A stretch of DNA of 64,000 nt from an uncultured Rivularia sp. (GCA_963665115.1 OY762007.1:5824001-5888000); one strand, 5' to 3'; numbered from the stretch's first letter, positions 20,345-32,545 are shown. Notes: generated by a model not told the origin, from the letters alone. Numbers and translations: made by a program.

Positions 20345-22649
20345 ATGAATAGGTTCAGCGGGCGTCTACATATAGGGTACTGGCGGCAAAAAATCAAGGT
20401 GCCGCCAATAGAAGTAGAAGATTCAATTACTTTTAGGGTGCTAGTTAGTGCCTTGGTAATTATAGGAATTGTGGCGACTGATGTAGCCGCAGGGGCTACG
20501 TTTAGTTTTTGGGCAATTCCTTTAAGTATAGTGGGCGGTAGTTGGAGTTATTACCGTCGCAAGCACAAGAATGTAGCAGCAAAATTCTGTATCGCTATCG
20601 GAATGTTATTAGCATTGGGTGCGTTTTTCGGGCGATTGTTCGGTGAATTGAACGATACCCGGCTTTTATTAGCAGAATTACTGATTCAACTTCAGGTGCT
20701 GCATAGTTTTGATATGCCTCGGCGTAAGGATTTGGGGTATTCGATTGTCATCGGATTAATTTTATTAGGTGTTGCAGCAACACTGAGCCAAACTTTAGCT
20801 TTTGCACCAGTGTTGCTGCTATTTTTAGCTATTGCCTTACCTACTCTGTTATTGGACTATCGTTCGCGTTTGGGTTTAAAGCCGTTAACAATTAAAAAAC
20901 AACAATCGGAAAAGAAAGATAATACAGCTTTTAATTTAAAATTCTTATTTGTTAATTTTTCAGTCATATTAGCTATAGGGTTGGCAATTTTCGCAGTTTT
21001 ACCTAGAGTTCCTGGTTATGGCTTGCGGACATTCCCGGTTAGTTCGCCTATTGACGTAAAAGGTGACTTTACCGGACGCAAAATTGTCAATCCTGGCTAT
21101 GTACGTTCCGGTAATAATAACGGTCAAGGTGGTAGCAATGGGGACGGGAACTCCAAAGGTTCTACCGGCGAGCAAAAAGTAGACGATAGCTTCTACTACG
21201 GATTTAATACCAAAATCAACCAGAATTTGCGCGGAGAAATGAAACCCAAACTGGTGATGCGGGTGCGTTCTCAAGCAGAAGGTTTCTGGCGAGTTTTAGC
21301 ATTCGATCGTTACACGGGTAAGGGATGGGAGATTTCTCGTAACGATAAAGTAAAGCGCCTCAAACGTTCGCCTTTTTCTTACCAAACTTTTCTCGATAGA
21401 CCTTTAATTATTGGTAAAACTAAAGAAGTAGTACAAACTTATACTTTAGTCTCGGAATTGCCTAACTTAATTCCAGCGATGTCATATCCCAAGGAAATTT
21501 ATTTTCCGACACCGATGATAGCTGTAGATACAGAAGGCGGCTTGCGAGCGCCAGTTGGTTTATCTGAAGGTTTAACCTACACCGTATTATCTGAAGTTCC
21601 CTATCGCGATCGCACTTTGCTGGGGAAAGCTGGGAGTAAGTATCCGAACGCCATAAAAAATTATTACTTGCAAGTACCTCCGGAAATCAACGATAAAGTT
21701 AAGCAGCTTACCGAAGAAATTCTTATAGACTACAACCGTCAGAGGGTAGGTAAAACTGAAAAAAATCTTTCATCAGCTTATGAAAAAGCTTTATACATAG
21801 CTCAATATTTGAAACAAAACTATACAGTACCGCAAAATCCTTTTGAAGCACCATTGTTAAATGAAAAAGAAGACTTGGTAGAAGCTTTCTTATTTAAAAA
21901 CAAAGGAGGGCTACCCGATCAGTTTTCTACGGTACTAACGGTAATGTTACGCTCTATCGGTATTCCATCGCGGTTAGTCGCAGGGTTTTCTCCAGGAAGT
22001 TTTAATCTATTTACAGGGATGTACGAAGTCCGTAACACCGACGCTTACGCGATGACAGAAGTCTACTTTCCTAAATATGGTTGGTTTGCTTTCGATCCGA
22101 TACCCAATCATCCTTTGATTCCTCCATCAATAGAAGAAACTCAAACTTTTCCAGCTTTAAGACAATTTTGGAATTGGATTGCGGGTTGGCTTCCTTCTCC
22201 AGTAACGGGCTTTCTCAACGGTGTATTGGGAAAAATGTTAGGCGCTATTTTAAGATTTATATCGTGGTTTTTCTCTTTATTCTCGCAAGGTATTTTCGGG
22301 ATATTGAGCGGGACTCACCTTAATAACAGCAATTTCCTTATTCGCTTGGCTGGGTTGGGATAAATGGCGAAAATGGCGAAAATGGCAGTTTTTGGGTAAA
22401 TTGCAGCCTATGGAAAGACTTTATCGACAAATGCTTCAGTGGACTACTGAAAAAGGTTTAGTTAAACATCCAGCACAAACACCTTTAGAATATGCTCGGG
22501 TTTCTCACGGACATCATTCACCAGAAACCGTGGAAGTCATAGAAGAAATTTCACAAGCTTATGTGAGTTGGCGTTACGGGGATAACAGCCCAAATTTGGA
22601 CAGCTTACGTCAAAAATGGCAACAGATAAGAAATACTTCAAAGAAATAA
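20345..22649 (+). CDS. DUF3488-transglutaminase-like-DUF4129 membrane protein (apparent +1 frameshift at ~22311)
   Basis: Multi-TM N-terminus, FWRVLAFDRYTG, LRSIGIPSRLVAGF, EVYFPKYGWFAFDP; C-terminal AQTPLEYA...YVSWRYG lies in the next frame, joined by deleting one G of ggg 22310-22312. Confidence 0.85.
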
Positions 22650-22833
22650 GTTTGTATTTATAATTTCTAATGTATTTAGTTATTACTTGAATGGAATAAA
22701 TTTTGAATCTTTGGAAAAATATACATGGTACAGGCTTCTAGCCTGTATTTTTTATGGGTAAAATGCCCTTCTAACAAAAAATCTATTCAATTCAATGTGA
22801 ATTCAGTTGGCTACTGCTAGACTTCTGTGCCTG

Positions 22834-23002
22834 TAGAACTTCACCACATAAGTTAGGAGGGGTGAAGGTAGGCAGGGGGAGCGGAGGGAGCAGAGGGATA
22901 AAACATCATTTGTAGTGGGAGCGTCTCGCTCCCTGGTGGTAAAGAGCGAGCTTCTAGCTCGCACTCCCAGATACCCCCGATCATTAATGTGGTGAAGTAC
23001 TA
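22834..23002. mobile_element. MITE-like element with internal GTAG-type REP hairpin (copy 2)
   Basis: 16-bp TIR tagaacttcaccacat / atgtggtgaagtacta (15/16 match); shares its core with 5280-5410. Confidence 0.75.
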
Positions 23003-23838
23003 GTACTAGTAGTCAATTGCATTAAATTCGGCAGGTAACGCGCTCGTGACAACCAGCGAGCGGGACGTATGTGCTATCTCCTTCAGAGACGCTTCGCTAA
23101 CGGACAGGCTTCGCTAACGCACTACCTCTACCCTTGATAACTAATGAAAAGGATTATTAGAAGAAAGTGCTTCTCGGGATAACCATATTATTTGTAAATG
23201 TCCCGAACTAACTCTATATATCCCACTTCAAAGATGGCAGTCTTGAGCCTCAACCAATTTTATAAACATATTATTATAATTTAAAATTTTTACTGCTCTG
23301 GCATGGATTAATAACTTTCCATAGAGCTATATAGCTAAGTAAATATTGAATAAATGCGCCGCAGGAGAAAAAGATGTATAAGAATTTTTTTAAGTAACCA
23401 TTCGGAACATTGATTATCGAAAATAAGTAAATATTGATTTGCGGAGATTGTAAGCTAAAAAACATTATTATTAATTTACGTAAACTGCCATCATAGAACT
23501 GTTTAAACCTATGAAGGCAGCTATCTCTAAGAAGTAGAAAGTGAATAGGGGTAGTAAAACAGGGTATGAAGAATCGGATAATATCGAAACTTCAAATTTT
23601 ATTAGGGAATCGTATGATACCTTGTTTGGGTCAAATTATATCTATATCTTAAGGAATATTTTGAATAAAAAAGCCGCACAAAATTATGAAAAAAAGTACT
23701 GTTGTAAATAAAATGAAAGCAATTACCAACTAAGCGCGTTGTTAGTGCTATTTTTTGGGGATAACATGGAAAACAGTTGCTTTTAAAGGCATGATTAATC
23801 ATGTCTTATCCTCACACACATTTATCTTCAGTTTCCTT

Positions 23839-24105
23839 ATGGACATTCAGTTAATCAACATCGGTTTCGGCAATATTGTTTCTGCCAACCGAGTAGTTGC
23901 AATTGTCAGTCCAGAATCAGCCCCAATCAAGCGAATTATTACCGATGCGCGAGATCGAGGTCAGCTGATTGATGCAACTTACGGTCGTCGGACAAGGGCC
24001 GTTATTATCACGGATTCGAGTCACGTTATCCTTTCGGCTATCCAGCCAGAAACGGTAGCGAATCGTTTCGTTATTTCCCGCGAGCATCATGTTGTAGATA
24101 ACTAA
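23839..24105 (+). CDS. remA: RemA/DUF370 family regulator
   Basis: [28 protein letters not shown]...[13 protein letters not shown]; upstream of gmk. Confidence 0.93.
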   Translation: MDIQLINIGFGNIVSANRVVAIVSPESAPIKRIITDARDRGQLIDATYGRRTRAVIITDSSHVILSAIQPETVANRFVISREHHVVDN

Positions 24106-24297
24106 AAGGGGTATGGGTTCAATCTCGGAACCGATATCTCGAATCAAGGGAATATATACATTTTTTGTATCATGTGAATTAAGCGATTCAAAAAGTCGTT
24201 CATGTTACAAGCCTCGCTAGTTAATAGTCATTTGCCAAACTAACAAATGGCTGCTGACTAGTGAATAATGTATATAAATGATTCACAGGGAAAGCGG

Positions 24298-24903
24298 ATG
24301 ATGCAAGTGTTATCGACCAAAACTGGTGCTACTACTAACAAATTACTGTCTCCGGGGAAACTCATTGTTTTAACAGGTCCTAGTGGTGTCGGAAAAGGCA
24401 CTCTAATGCGATTACTTCTTTCGCGTCATCCCGAACTCAATTATTCGATATCTGCCACTACCCGTTCTCCTCGAGATGGGGAAGTGGACGGCAAGGACTA
24501 CTATTTCATTAGTCGCAGTAAATTCCAGCGGTTAATTGAAGAAGGTGAATTTTTGGAATGGGCGGAATTTGCTGGTAATTTATACGGCACTCCTCGCAAG
24601 CCAGCAATGAACTTGATGGAGTCTGGAAAGTCTGTATTGCTTGAAATTGAGTTGGAAGGCGCACGAAAAATTCGTGCGGCATTTCCCGAACTGTTAAGTA
24701 TTTTTATACTTCCACCCACTTTTAATGAATTAGAGAAACGGATACGCGGTAGAAAAAAGGATTCAGAAGATGCTATATCCCGCCGTCTACAGCGTGCTAA
24801 AGAAGAAATTGACTCTGCTTCTGAATTCCACCTGCAAATCGTGAATGACGATTTAGAAACGGCTATTCATGAAATTGAAGTGGCAATGTTTTCGGATCGG
24901 TAA
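24298..24903 (+). CDS. gmk: Guanylate kinase
   Basis: [43 protein letters not shown]. Confidence 0.97.
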   Translation: MMQVLSTKTGATTNKLLSPGKLIVLTGPSGVGKGTLMRLLLSRHPELNYSISATTRSPRDGEVDGKDYYFISRSKFQRLIEEGEFLEWAEFAGNLYGTPRKPAMNLMESGKSVLLEIELEGARKIRAAFPELLSIFILPPTFNELEKRIRGRKKDSEDAISRRLQRAKEEIDSASEFHLQIVNDDLETAIHEIEVAMFSDR

Positions 24904-24954
24904 TTATTTTGATGAGCCGCCAGAAAAGCGCTTGATGCCGCATAAATAATAAAT

Positions 24955-25000
24955 AAAGGACACCAACTAAGACCATCTAAGTCTTGGTTTGTGTCCTTTT
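24955..25000. terminator. Bidirectional terminator between gmk and psaL
   Basis: aaaggacaccaactaagac...gtcttggtttgtgtcctttt hairpin. Confidence 0.7.
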
Positions 25001-25052
25001 GCCTTTATTAATGAAACCTAGTTTTTGAACCAGGTACGGGGATAATCCAATA

Positions 25053-25580
25053 TCAACCGAATAAACCTTGGATAAATGCTAGGTTACTGGTTAAAAAGTA
25101 AGCTGTTACCCCACCACCAATACCGCCAATTAGAAAAGCACTAGCAAAGTTGTTCCAACCTTCGGTGGTATTAAAAGCACTAGGGGGGTTGGGGACAGTA
25201 ACAGTGGCAACTGGTTTAGGTGGGTTGCTATTTGCATACAAAGATAAGCAAGCAGTGAGAATCACAACCAGGCCTATTGTGGAAAGCAAGCCAGCTAAAT
25301 TACCACTAGGAGCATTACGCAGTGGTCCCAATTTAGCGAATGGACCGAATAAGAAGTAGCCGTGAGCCATACCAACTTCTAATCCTCGTCTGAACGGAGT
25401 GTGTTCGGGACGATAAGCAGGCAAGTTTCTGATAAACCACTTACTTAGGGGAGAAGAATTTATTGGCGTTTCTAGGTTGCCTAGCTGCGGATTACCTTCC
25501 GCCGCAAAAACAACTTCCTGATTTCTAGGATCGTTAGATTTATTTTTGGATGCATCTGCTGCTTGCGCGATATTTGACAT
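25053..25580 (-). CDS. psaL: Photosystem I subunit XI PsaL
   Basis: GNLETPINSS, NLPAYR, RGLEVGMAHGYFL, KLGPLRN. Confidence 0.98.
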   Translation of the reverse strand: MSNIAQAADASKNKSNDPRNQEVVFAAEGNPQLGNLETPINSSPLSKWFIRNLPAYRPEHTPFRRGLEVGMAHGYFLFGPFAKLGPLRNAPSGNLAGLLSTIGLVVILTACLSLYANSNPPKPVATVTVPNPPSAFNTTEGWNNFASAFLIGGIGGGVTAYFLTSNLAFIQGLFG

Positions 25581-25825
25581 ATTTTATGTTTACCTCTCAA
25601 ATAACTTGATATTTTTCTCCATATTAATAATTGTATCTAGAGGAGATTTTTAACAGTAATTTTTAGAAAAATTAATAAACATAAATATATACAAAACTCG
25701 CTTCTACCGCAAAGGGCAAAAGCGAGTTTCAGAACAAATTATTCCCACAAAAATAGGGGTTTATTCAGACTTGTAAGTTACTTCGGAACTGCTAGCTCCA
25801 AATAAAAATGTCTTGTATACCCAAT

Positions 25826-25960
25826 TTACGGTAGTGGATGGAACAATAGGTCGGGAAAAATGTAGTTGAATGTAATCAACAAAATCGCAGTAAATATTAA
25901 CCAGCCAAACAGTAAGACTGGTGCTAAGGAAAGATACTTCAAAAAATCATTCTGCTGCAT
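25826..25960 (-). CDS. psaJ: Photosystem I subunit IX PsaJ (absent from ORF track)
   Basis: Manual translation [44 protein letters not shown]; between psaF and psaL. Confidence 0.95.
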   Translation of the reverse strand: MQQNDFLKYLSLAPVLLFGWLIFTAILLITFNYIFPDLLFHPLP

Positions 25961-26150
25961 GGATTTTACTCCCAAATAATGAGCTTTGATGGATTTTGGA
26001 TGAGTAGATTTACGCGCCTGTATAATTAAGAAAAGTTTTTTAAAAGACAGCTAATAAAACAACTATTAATTAACAATAATTAATAATTATTAGCTTGTCT
26101 TTTCATCGCTAAGGTCGCTTAAGTCAAATTTTCTTAACTAACAATTGCTA

Positions 26151-26645
26151 CTAGCGTGGAGAAATTGGAATTTCTTCATCTTTAGCGGTCAATTCACCCG
26201 AAAGGAATTCTTTGATTGCTGCTGCGGGCCAAGCAAAACCGGAAAGCATTAGTGGTAATGCTGTAGGTATGTCGATAATTACTTCCTTCATTTCAGCATC
26301 TTTTTCTCCCCGAACGGCTATGAGGTAAGCTCGACCTACCCAACCAATCCAGCCAGCCATGTAAAGAAACAGAATGCTAGGAATTAAAAAGTCACCAGCA
26401 CGACTCAAACGACCATCAACAATCAAATGAGGTAAACCCTCTGGACCGCATAAAGCCTGAGCGTAACGTTCAAAACGTTTCTCTCCGCTATTAGGGTCGG
26501 AAGTCGTGTTGCGGGCGGCCGCAGCACGTTGTTGAAAGGCAGGAGATTCGCTGCATCGTACTAGATCGGCACCTAGAGCGAAAGCTGGTGGAGCGAAATT
26601 AAACGCCAAACAAACAGCTAAAATTAGAGCAAACAAGCGTCGCAT
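26151..26645 (-). CDS. psaF: Photosystem I subunit III PsaF
   Basis: [41 protein letters not shown]. Confidence 0.98.
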   Translation of the reverse strand: MRRLFALILAVCLAFNFAPPAFALGADLVRCSESPAFQQRAAAARNTTSDPNSGEKRFERYAQALCGPEGLPHLIVDGRLSRAGDFLIPSILFLYMAGWIGWVGRAYLIAVRGEKDAEMKEVIIDIPTALPLMLSGFAWPAAAIKEFLSGELTAKDEEIPISPR

Positions 26646-26824
26646 GAAATTGTTTCCCTTTATTACGAAACAAAAATTTTTTGTACAAAACGAAGCGGCT
26701 CGTACAAATGTAAATTTGTCTTACTAAGAAGCGATCATACTCTTGATGCGTAAACTGAGTAAAGTTGAAGTAAATAAAAGTTAAAGCTTCTACAACAAAA
26801 TTTTTATTCACATAATCCTGATAA

Positions 26825-27880
26825 ATGGTAACTGTTTTAGCAATAGAAACTAGCTGCGATGAAACTGCCGTAGCAATTGTTAATAATCGTAAAGTTGTTA
26901 GCAACATTGTTGCTTCGCAAATTTCAGTGCATAAAAACTACGGTGGGGTAGTACCAGAAGTTGCCTCCCGAATGCATCTGGAGACGATAAATCAAGGCGT
27001 AGCCCAAGCTTTGGAACAAGCACAATTAGATTGGTGCGAAATTGACGGTGTAGCCGCAACTTGCGCCCCTGGATTGGTAGGAGCATTGTTAGTAGGATTA
27101 ACTGCCGCAAAAACTCTGTGTATGGTACATTCCTTACCATTCTTAGGAGTTCACCACCTCGAAGGTCATATTTACGCTAATTATTTAACGGAACCAAGTC
27201 TTAAGGCTCCATTTTTAAGCCTATTAGTTTCGGGGGGGCATACGAGCTTAATTCACGTTAAAGATTGTGGAATCTATGAAAGCCTTGGAACTACCCGCGA
27301 TGACGCAGCAGGAGAAGCATTTGACAAAGTAGCGCGATTGTTAAAGCTGGGATATCCTGGCGGACCAATAATCGACAAATTAGCCCAAAATGGAAATTCA
27401 AGCGCTTTCAAATTACCAGAAGGAAGAGTATCTTTACCGTCGGGTGGCTATCATCCCTATGATGCGAGTTTTAGCGGGTTGAAGACAGCCGTATTACGAC
27501 TGGTACAGCAGCTAGAGAAAGATAATCCTGTAGTACCAGTAGCAGATGTAGCAGCCAGCTTTCAGAATACCGTAGCCAGAGCGCTGACCAAAAGGGCTAT
27601 AAATTGCGCCTTAGATTATGGCTTGAACACTATTACCGTAGGTGGCGGAGTCGCAGCTAACAGCGCTTTAAGAGAGCAATTACAAGCAGCAGCACAGACT
27701 CATAACCTGCGAGTGTTATTTCCTTCTCTACAATTTTGTACCGACAACGCCGCCATGATCGGTTGTTGCGCCGCAGATCATCTATCGAGAGGACATATTT
27801 CTTCCTTGAACCTTGGCGTTGAATCAAGATTGGGGTTGAATCGGGTTATGGAGCTTTATTCAGTGAGCAGTGAGCAGTAA
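26825..27880 (+). CDS. tsaD: tRNA N6-adenosine threonylcarbamoyltransferase
   Basis: LAIETSCDET, GGVVPEVASR, HHLEGH, SGGHT, DDAAGEAFDK, CTDNAAMI. Confidence 0.98.
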   Translation: MVTVLAIETSCDETAVAIVNNRKVVSNIVASQISVHKNYGGVVPEVASRMHLETINQGVAQALEQAQLDWCEIDGVAATCAPGLVGALLVGLTAAKTLCMVHSLPFLGVHHLEGHIYANYLTEPSLKAPFLSLLVSGGHTSLIHVKDCGIYESLGTTRDDAAGEAFDKVARLLKLGYPGGPIIDKLAQNGNSSAFKLPEGRVSLPSGGYHPYDASFSGLKTAVLRLVQQLEKDNPVVPVADVAASFQNTVARALTKRAINCALDYGLNTITVGGGVAANSALREQLQAAAQTHNLRVLFPSLQFCTDNAAMIGCCAADHLSRGHISSLNLGVESRLGLNRVMELYSVSSEQ

Positions 27881-27953
27881 TTGAGGTTAAAGGTTAAAAG
27901 TTAAAATTCTCCGTGTCCGCAATTCCCAACGCCCAATGCCCAATGCCCAATTC

Positions 27954-28913
27954 TCAATTAATAATAGAGCGAATATGTTCGGCGACAATATCTGGCTGTT
28001 CTAACATTGCTAAGTGTCCGCAGTTGGGGATTTCGATCGCGTTGTCACCGCAGTCTTTAAACAAGGGATGGAAACTGGCTAAGTGACGAACGTACTTTGG
28101 CTCCATAACTTTATCTTCGGCACCGGCTAAGAAATATACTGGCTGTTTAAGTTGAGATACTAATTGGGGTAGATAATTTATTTCTTCTTCTGTTGTAGAG
28201 TCTAGTAGCGTTCCTAAAGCGGCTTGGGGATCGGCTACTAAAAAATCAATTATTCGCTGACGCGCCCAACGAGGTTCTAAGGGACGCGCGACGGAATTTC
28301 TGGCAAACAGTAAGTCAATCAAAGGTACTTGTGATAACCATCTGGGACGAAATTGTAAAAAGCGCTGTCCTGCGGTGCGAAATTTTTCAAAAGATTCTTT
28401 AAGATAAATTCCACCACCGGAGTTGATACAGATTACTCCTTTGACTTCTTGAGGCATTCGATCTGCTGCCCATAAAGCGATCGTGCCACCAAGGGAATGA
28501 CCGATCAACCAAACATTATCTAAATTCAACTGTTGCAGCAGCACTACTAAATCCTCTACGTAGGCAGCTGGGGTGTAAAAAGAATCAAAGGGATTATCTG
28601 AAATCTTGCGTCCCGTAACAGTTAAATCTGGGGAAGTGCGATTAGCTCCGCTAGATGAGACAAGCATATCGCGGGCTATATCAGTTTTTTGTTTGGGCTG
28701 AGATTCCCCAAAACCCCGCAAGTCATATGAGAGGCACTTCATCTCTGACTGTAGGCGTTCGATGGCGGGTTGCCAATATTCACGGCTATTTAACCAGCCG
28801 TGAATAAATACTAAGGTGTATTCTGTTGTTTTGGGACCCGTTAGTTCGTATGCGTGGGGAACGCCGAAGATTTCGATAGTTGCCGATCTCATAGCACGTA
28901 CCTTTAAGGACAT
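27954..28913 (-). CDS. Alpha/beta fold hydrolase
   Basis: FIHGW, YDLRGFGES, GHSLGG nucleophile elbow, CGHLAMLE; start uncertain. Confidence 0.9.
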   Translation of the reverse strand: MSLKVRAMRSATIEIFGVPHAYELTGPKTTEYTLVFIHGWLNSREYWQPAIERLQSEMKCLSYDLRGFGESQPKQKTDIARDMLVSSSGANRTSPDLTVTGRKISDNPFDSFYTPAAYVEDLVVLLQQLNLDNVWLIGHSLGGTIALWAADRMPQEVKGVICINSGGGIYLKESFEKFRTAGQRFLQFRPRWLSQVPLIDLLFARNSVARPLEPRWARQRIIDFLVADPQAALGTLLDSTTEEEINYLPQLVSQLKQPVYFLAGAEDKVMEPKYVRHLASFHPLFKDCGDNAIEIPNCGHLAMLEQPDIVAEHIRSIIN

Positions 28914-29109
28914 TCTTCGATAAAACAGCTCTGTTTACAAAAAACTAAAAAACTCCCGATTGAATGTTTGCGGCATCAAAGGGCGATCGGAAGGGGAGTT
29001 TTGTGCGGAGGCGAGTATTATGAAAGATGAGATTAGCCAGTTAGCTATATATAGTTTAATTTTTACAGCTACACGCTCGCATTTTTTCTAGTTCTACATA
29101 GTAAGATAT

Positions 29110-29829
29110 TCACCTGCCAAGAAATCTCCCCCGCACGCTTTCGGCAATTTTATGACCCAAATATTCCGGAATTAAGCTTTCATTAGGTCCTAATAAATAA
29201 AGAATCAAGCGTGTACGTCCTCGCCAAACCAGTAAGTTCGCATTGACTACAAGCAAATCCTCTAGCCACATAGCGTACATAACTTTATAGAATAATCCGG
29301 GTTGGTTGTCAGCTTCAATAACTAAAGCTGGTAAATGAAATACTGGATCTACATAAAACTCGGTTTCTACTTTTTCTAAACCAGCATCGAGATTGAATTC
29401 GACTGCTAGCATTTCTTCTACCTCGAAGCGTCCTCCCAAAGCTTCGCGAATTGCACGACAGGCGTTTTCTGCTGTTTTCTCCGAGAGAGCTTTGCTACCG
29501 CGAGAAACAATTAGTTTCATGAAAACCAGCATTGGTGGTTTAATTTGGCCATACAAACTTAAACTGTGAATTGTAAGTCCGTAAGCCGCTAGGACACCAA
29601 AAATATCGCTGAGGAGAAAAGACTGATTGCGGTAGGCGAAATGCAAGGCACTTTTACCGCCTTCGGGTTTCAACTCGATAACGGCACGTCTGGTTTTATA
29701 AAGGCGATATGCTAGGCGCAAATTTTGCAGTTGAATCTCACTGCTGACAAATTGCTCGTAAAACTGGGGAAACGACTTATTAAAGCGTTTGAGTAATTCC
29801 AGTGTTGATGTTTTTAAACCAGAAGCCAT
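29110..29829 (-). CDS. Conserved cyanobacterial protein with tandem ACT-like domains
   Basis: LLSDIFGVLAAYGLTI and ADNQPGLFYKV segments resemble GlnD/ACR-type ACT repeats. Confidence 0.6.
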   Translation of the reverse strand: MASGLKTSTLELLKRFNKSFPQFYEQFVSSEIQLQNLRLAYRLYKTRRAVIELKPEGGKSALHFAYRNQSFLLSDIFGVLAAYGLTIHSLSLYGQIKPPMLVFMKLIVSRGSKALSEKTAENACRAIREALGGRFEVEEMLAVEFNLDAGLEKVETEFYVDPVFHLPALVIEADNQPGLFYKVMYAMWLEDLLVVNANLLVWRGRTRLILYLLGPNESLIPEYLGHKIAESVRGRFLGR

Positions 29830-30222
29830 TTTTAAATCTAAGACGCAGCTTGTTGTGAAAATTGATGCTCGAATGCTCGAATGGAAGATGCCAGAAATGA
29901 AACGTCCCGGTATTTTACAAATATTCCGGGCAAAACTGATGCATTGATTGCCCAGTAGAGCAACATCGTTTAAACGGGATATTTTCGGCGACGGTGACTG
30001 TATTGAGCGGGAAATTGATTGTAACCATATTGCCGTCCCTCAAAATTTTAAGGCAGTGTTGTATACAATTGTTTTTACCTGGGGGGGTAGCTTTTAGTTA
30101 TTTTTTCCGTCCTGTCTGTCAACAAGATGCTAAAGTTGAAAATAATTGATGTTAAACACGTTTTTTCAATGGTGGCTTTTTCTATCGAATCTCTACAAAT
30201 TAACGCAAGTTGGTTGCTGTAG

Positions 30223-30825
<603 letters not shown>

Positions 30826-31058
30826 TCCGCTCCTAAATTACCTAGACTAAAAAATTTACATATTTTAACGTTTAATCGTAAGAAGTCTTCTACCTCAACG
30901 CGCACGGTGCCCCTAAATTATATTTATAGGGGTCTGGTGCGTTGGTTCAATTTATTCTCCGTAACTTTCTGCCCATAATGTTTATTTCATGTTTATTTGC
31001 CACAAGTAGATTAAATGTGATAAGGTATGAATGTTGCCGTTTGAAGGGTTAACTTTTA

Positions 31059-31132
31059 CGGGATGTAGCGCAGCTTGGTAGCGCGCCTGCTTTGGGAGCA
31101 GGATGTCGCAGGTTCGAATCCTGTCATCCCGA
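31059..31132 (+). tRNA. trnP: tRNA-Pro(UGG)
   Basis: Cloverleaf cgggatg...catcccga; anticodon arm cctgc-tt-TGG-ga-gcagg; T loop ggttcgaatcc. Confidence 0.98.
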
Positions 31133-31715
31133 TTTTAATAATTATTGTCAATTTATTGCCAAATGTTGTTTTAGAGCGATTAGAGCTTCTAAAATTTTTT
31201 AATAGTTACCATTAAAAAATCAAAATACTAATATTATTCTTGCAAAAAGTTAAGTATGTAGTGAGTAATAAACATCATTGTAATACTATTATTCCTCTGT
31301 AAATAGACTGTAGACCTTGGAATGAAAATTATTCTTCATGTCCCGTATAGGCAAGTAAAAGATGCTCTAACTATTAAAAAAGACAACTGAAAAAAGGGTG
31401 TAAAAAATAACTTCCTAATAGAGCTTTCTCTGGAACGATCTTATTTTCCAAAGCGTCAACATTATTTAAGAAAAAGCAATAAAATGGCATTTGACATCTT
31501 TGATAAACAGCAAATTTGGTTTTTGCTTTTGAGTCGAAGAATGTCTTTAGCCAGCATTTTGCCTTGTTTTTTATCAAAATATTGAATAAAACTTGGCTTA
31601 GATGCAAATAACATAGTCAAAAAAAATTCTTGAAGAGACTATAACTGATAGAGTCGGTTAAATCGTTAATCTGACTTGACTCGAATTTACTGAAGTACTG
31701 ATGCTAGGAGAAGTC

Positions 31716-32519
31716 ATGAAATCATTAATTCGCTGGGGAGCAACGTTAGGTTTAGTGGGGAGTACTCTGCTAGCAACTGTCACGAGCGGAATTGCCCCAG
31801 CAATCGCATTATCAGAACAACAAATTAAAAGTAAGCTGGATAATATACCAGTATGGTTGATTACCAATCCACAAGGTTTACCGTTAAGTCGTCCCATACC
31901 CGAAGAAAACGGTAAGAAAACTACTGGTTCTGTAACTGGCGTTTATATGAGCAAACAGGAAGCTCAAGCCTTCATCAGCGAATTACAGAGCGTGAAAGAA
32001 AAAGATCCTAAAATGACTCAGATGGTGAAAAGCCTACAAGTCACTCCCGTACCTTTAGGGGTTATTTTCCAGCAAGTACAGAAAACGAAAAACGAACCCA
32101 ACCGCTTATTATTTGCCTTTAAACCTGTTGATAGTGAAGTTAAAGGGGCAATGAACTTGTTGAAAAAAAGCGGTCAACAGGTAAAACAGTTTAGAAGCGT
32201 ACCTGTTTTTATCGTTAGATTCGCACCAGATAAAAGCTATGTACCAATTAAACTTGGAGAGAAAAAAGCAGAAGAGGAAGTAGTTCCTTTATTCTTCAGT
32301 ATGCAAGACGCTAATAATCTGCTCAACCAAGTAAAGCCAAAATTTCCCAAGGCTGATATTCAGGTGGTAGATGTAGACGGGATACTTAATACTTTGCAAG
32401 AGAAAAACGATCCTTGGCTAGATAAAGTCCTATTTTTCCCAAATCCAGAAGCTAGGCAATATATTCAAAAACTTCCTAAGCAAAACGCCCCTAGCTCGGC
32501 ACCCGCAAAGAAAAAATAG
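31716..32519 (+). CDS. tic22: Tic22 family periplasmic chaperone
   Basis: Signal peptide ending AIA; LSEQQIKSKLDNIPVWLITNPQGLPL; VPLFFS; precedes prmC. Confidence 0.85.
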   Translation: MKSLIRWGATLGLVGSTLLATVTSGIAPAIALSEQQIKSKLDNIPVWLITNPQGLPLSRPIPEENGKKTTGSVTGVYMSKQEAQAFISELQSVKEKDPKMTQMVKSLQVTPVPLGVIFQQVQKTKNEPNRLLFAFKPVDSEVKGAMNLLKKSGQQVKQFRSVPVFIVRFAPDKSYVPIKLGEKKAEEEVVPLFFSMQDANNLLNQVKPKFPKADIQVVDVDGILNTLQEKNDPWLDKVLFFPNPEARQYIQKLPKQNAPSSAPAKKK

Positions 32520-32545
32520 TACATTTACTTACTTTAAATTAAGAC

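Noticed and set aside
31059..31400. tRNA-Pro as a second integration site
   Set aside because: Flanked by core genes (ycf52, tic22) with no integrase or duplicated 3' end
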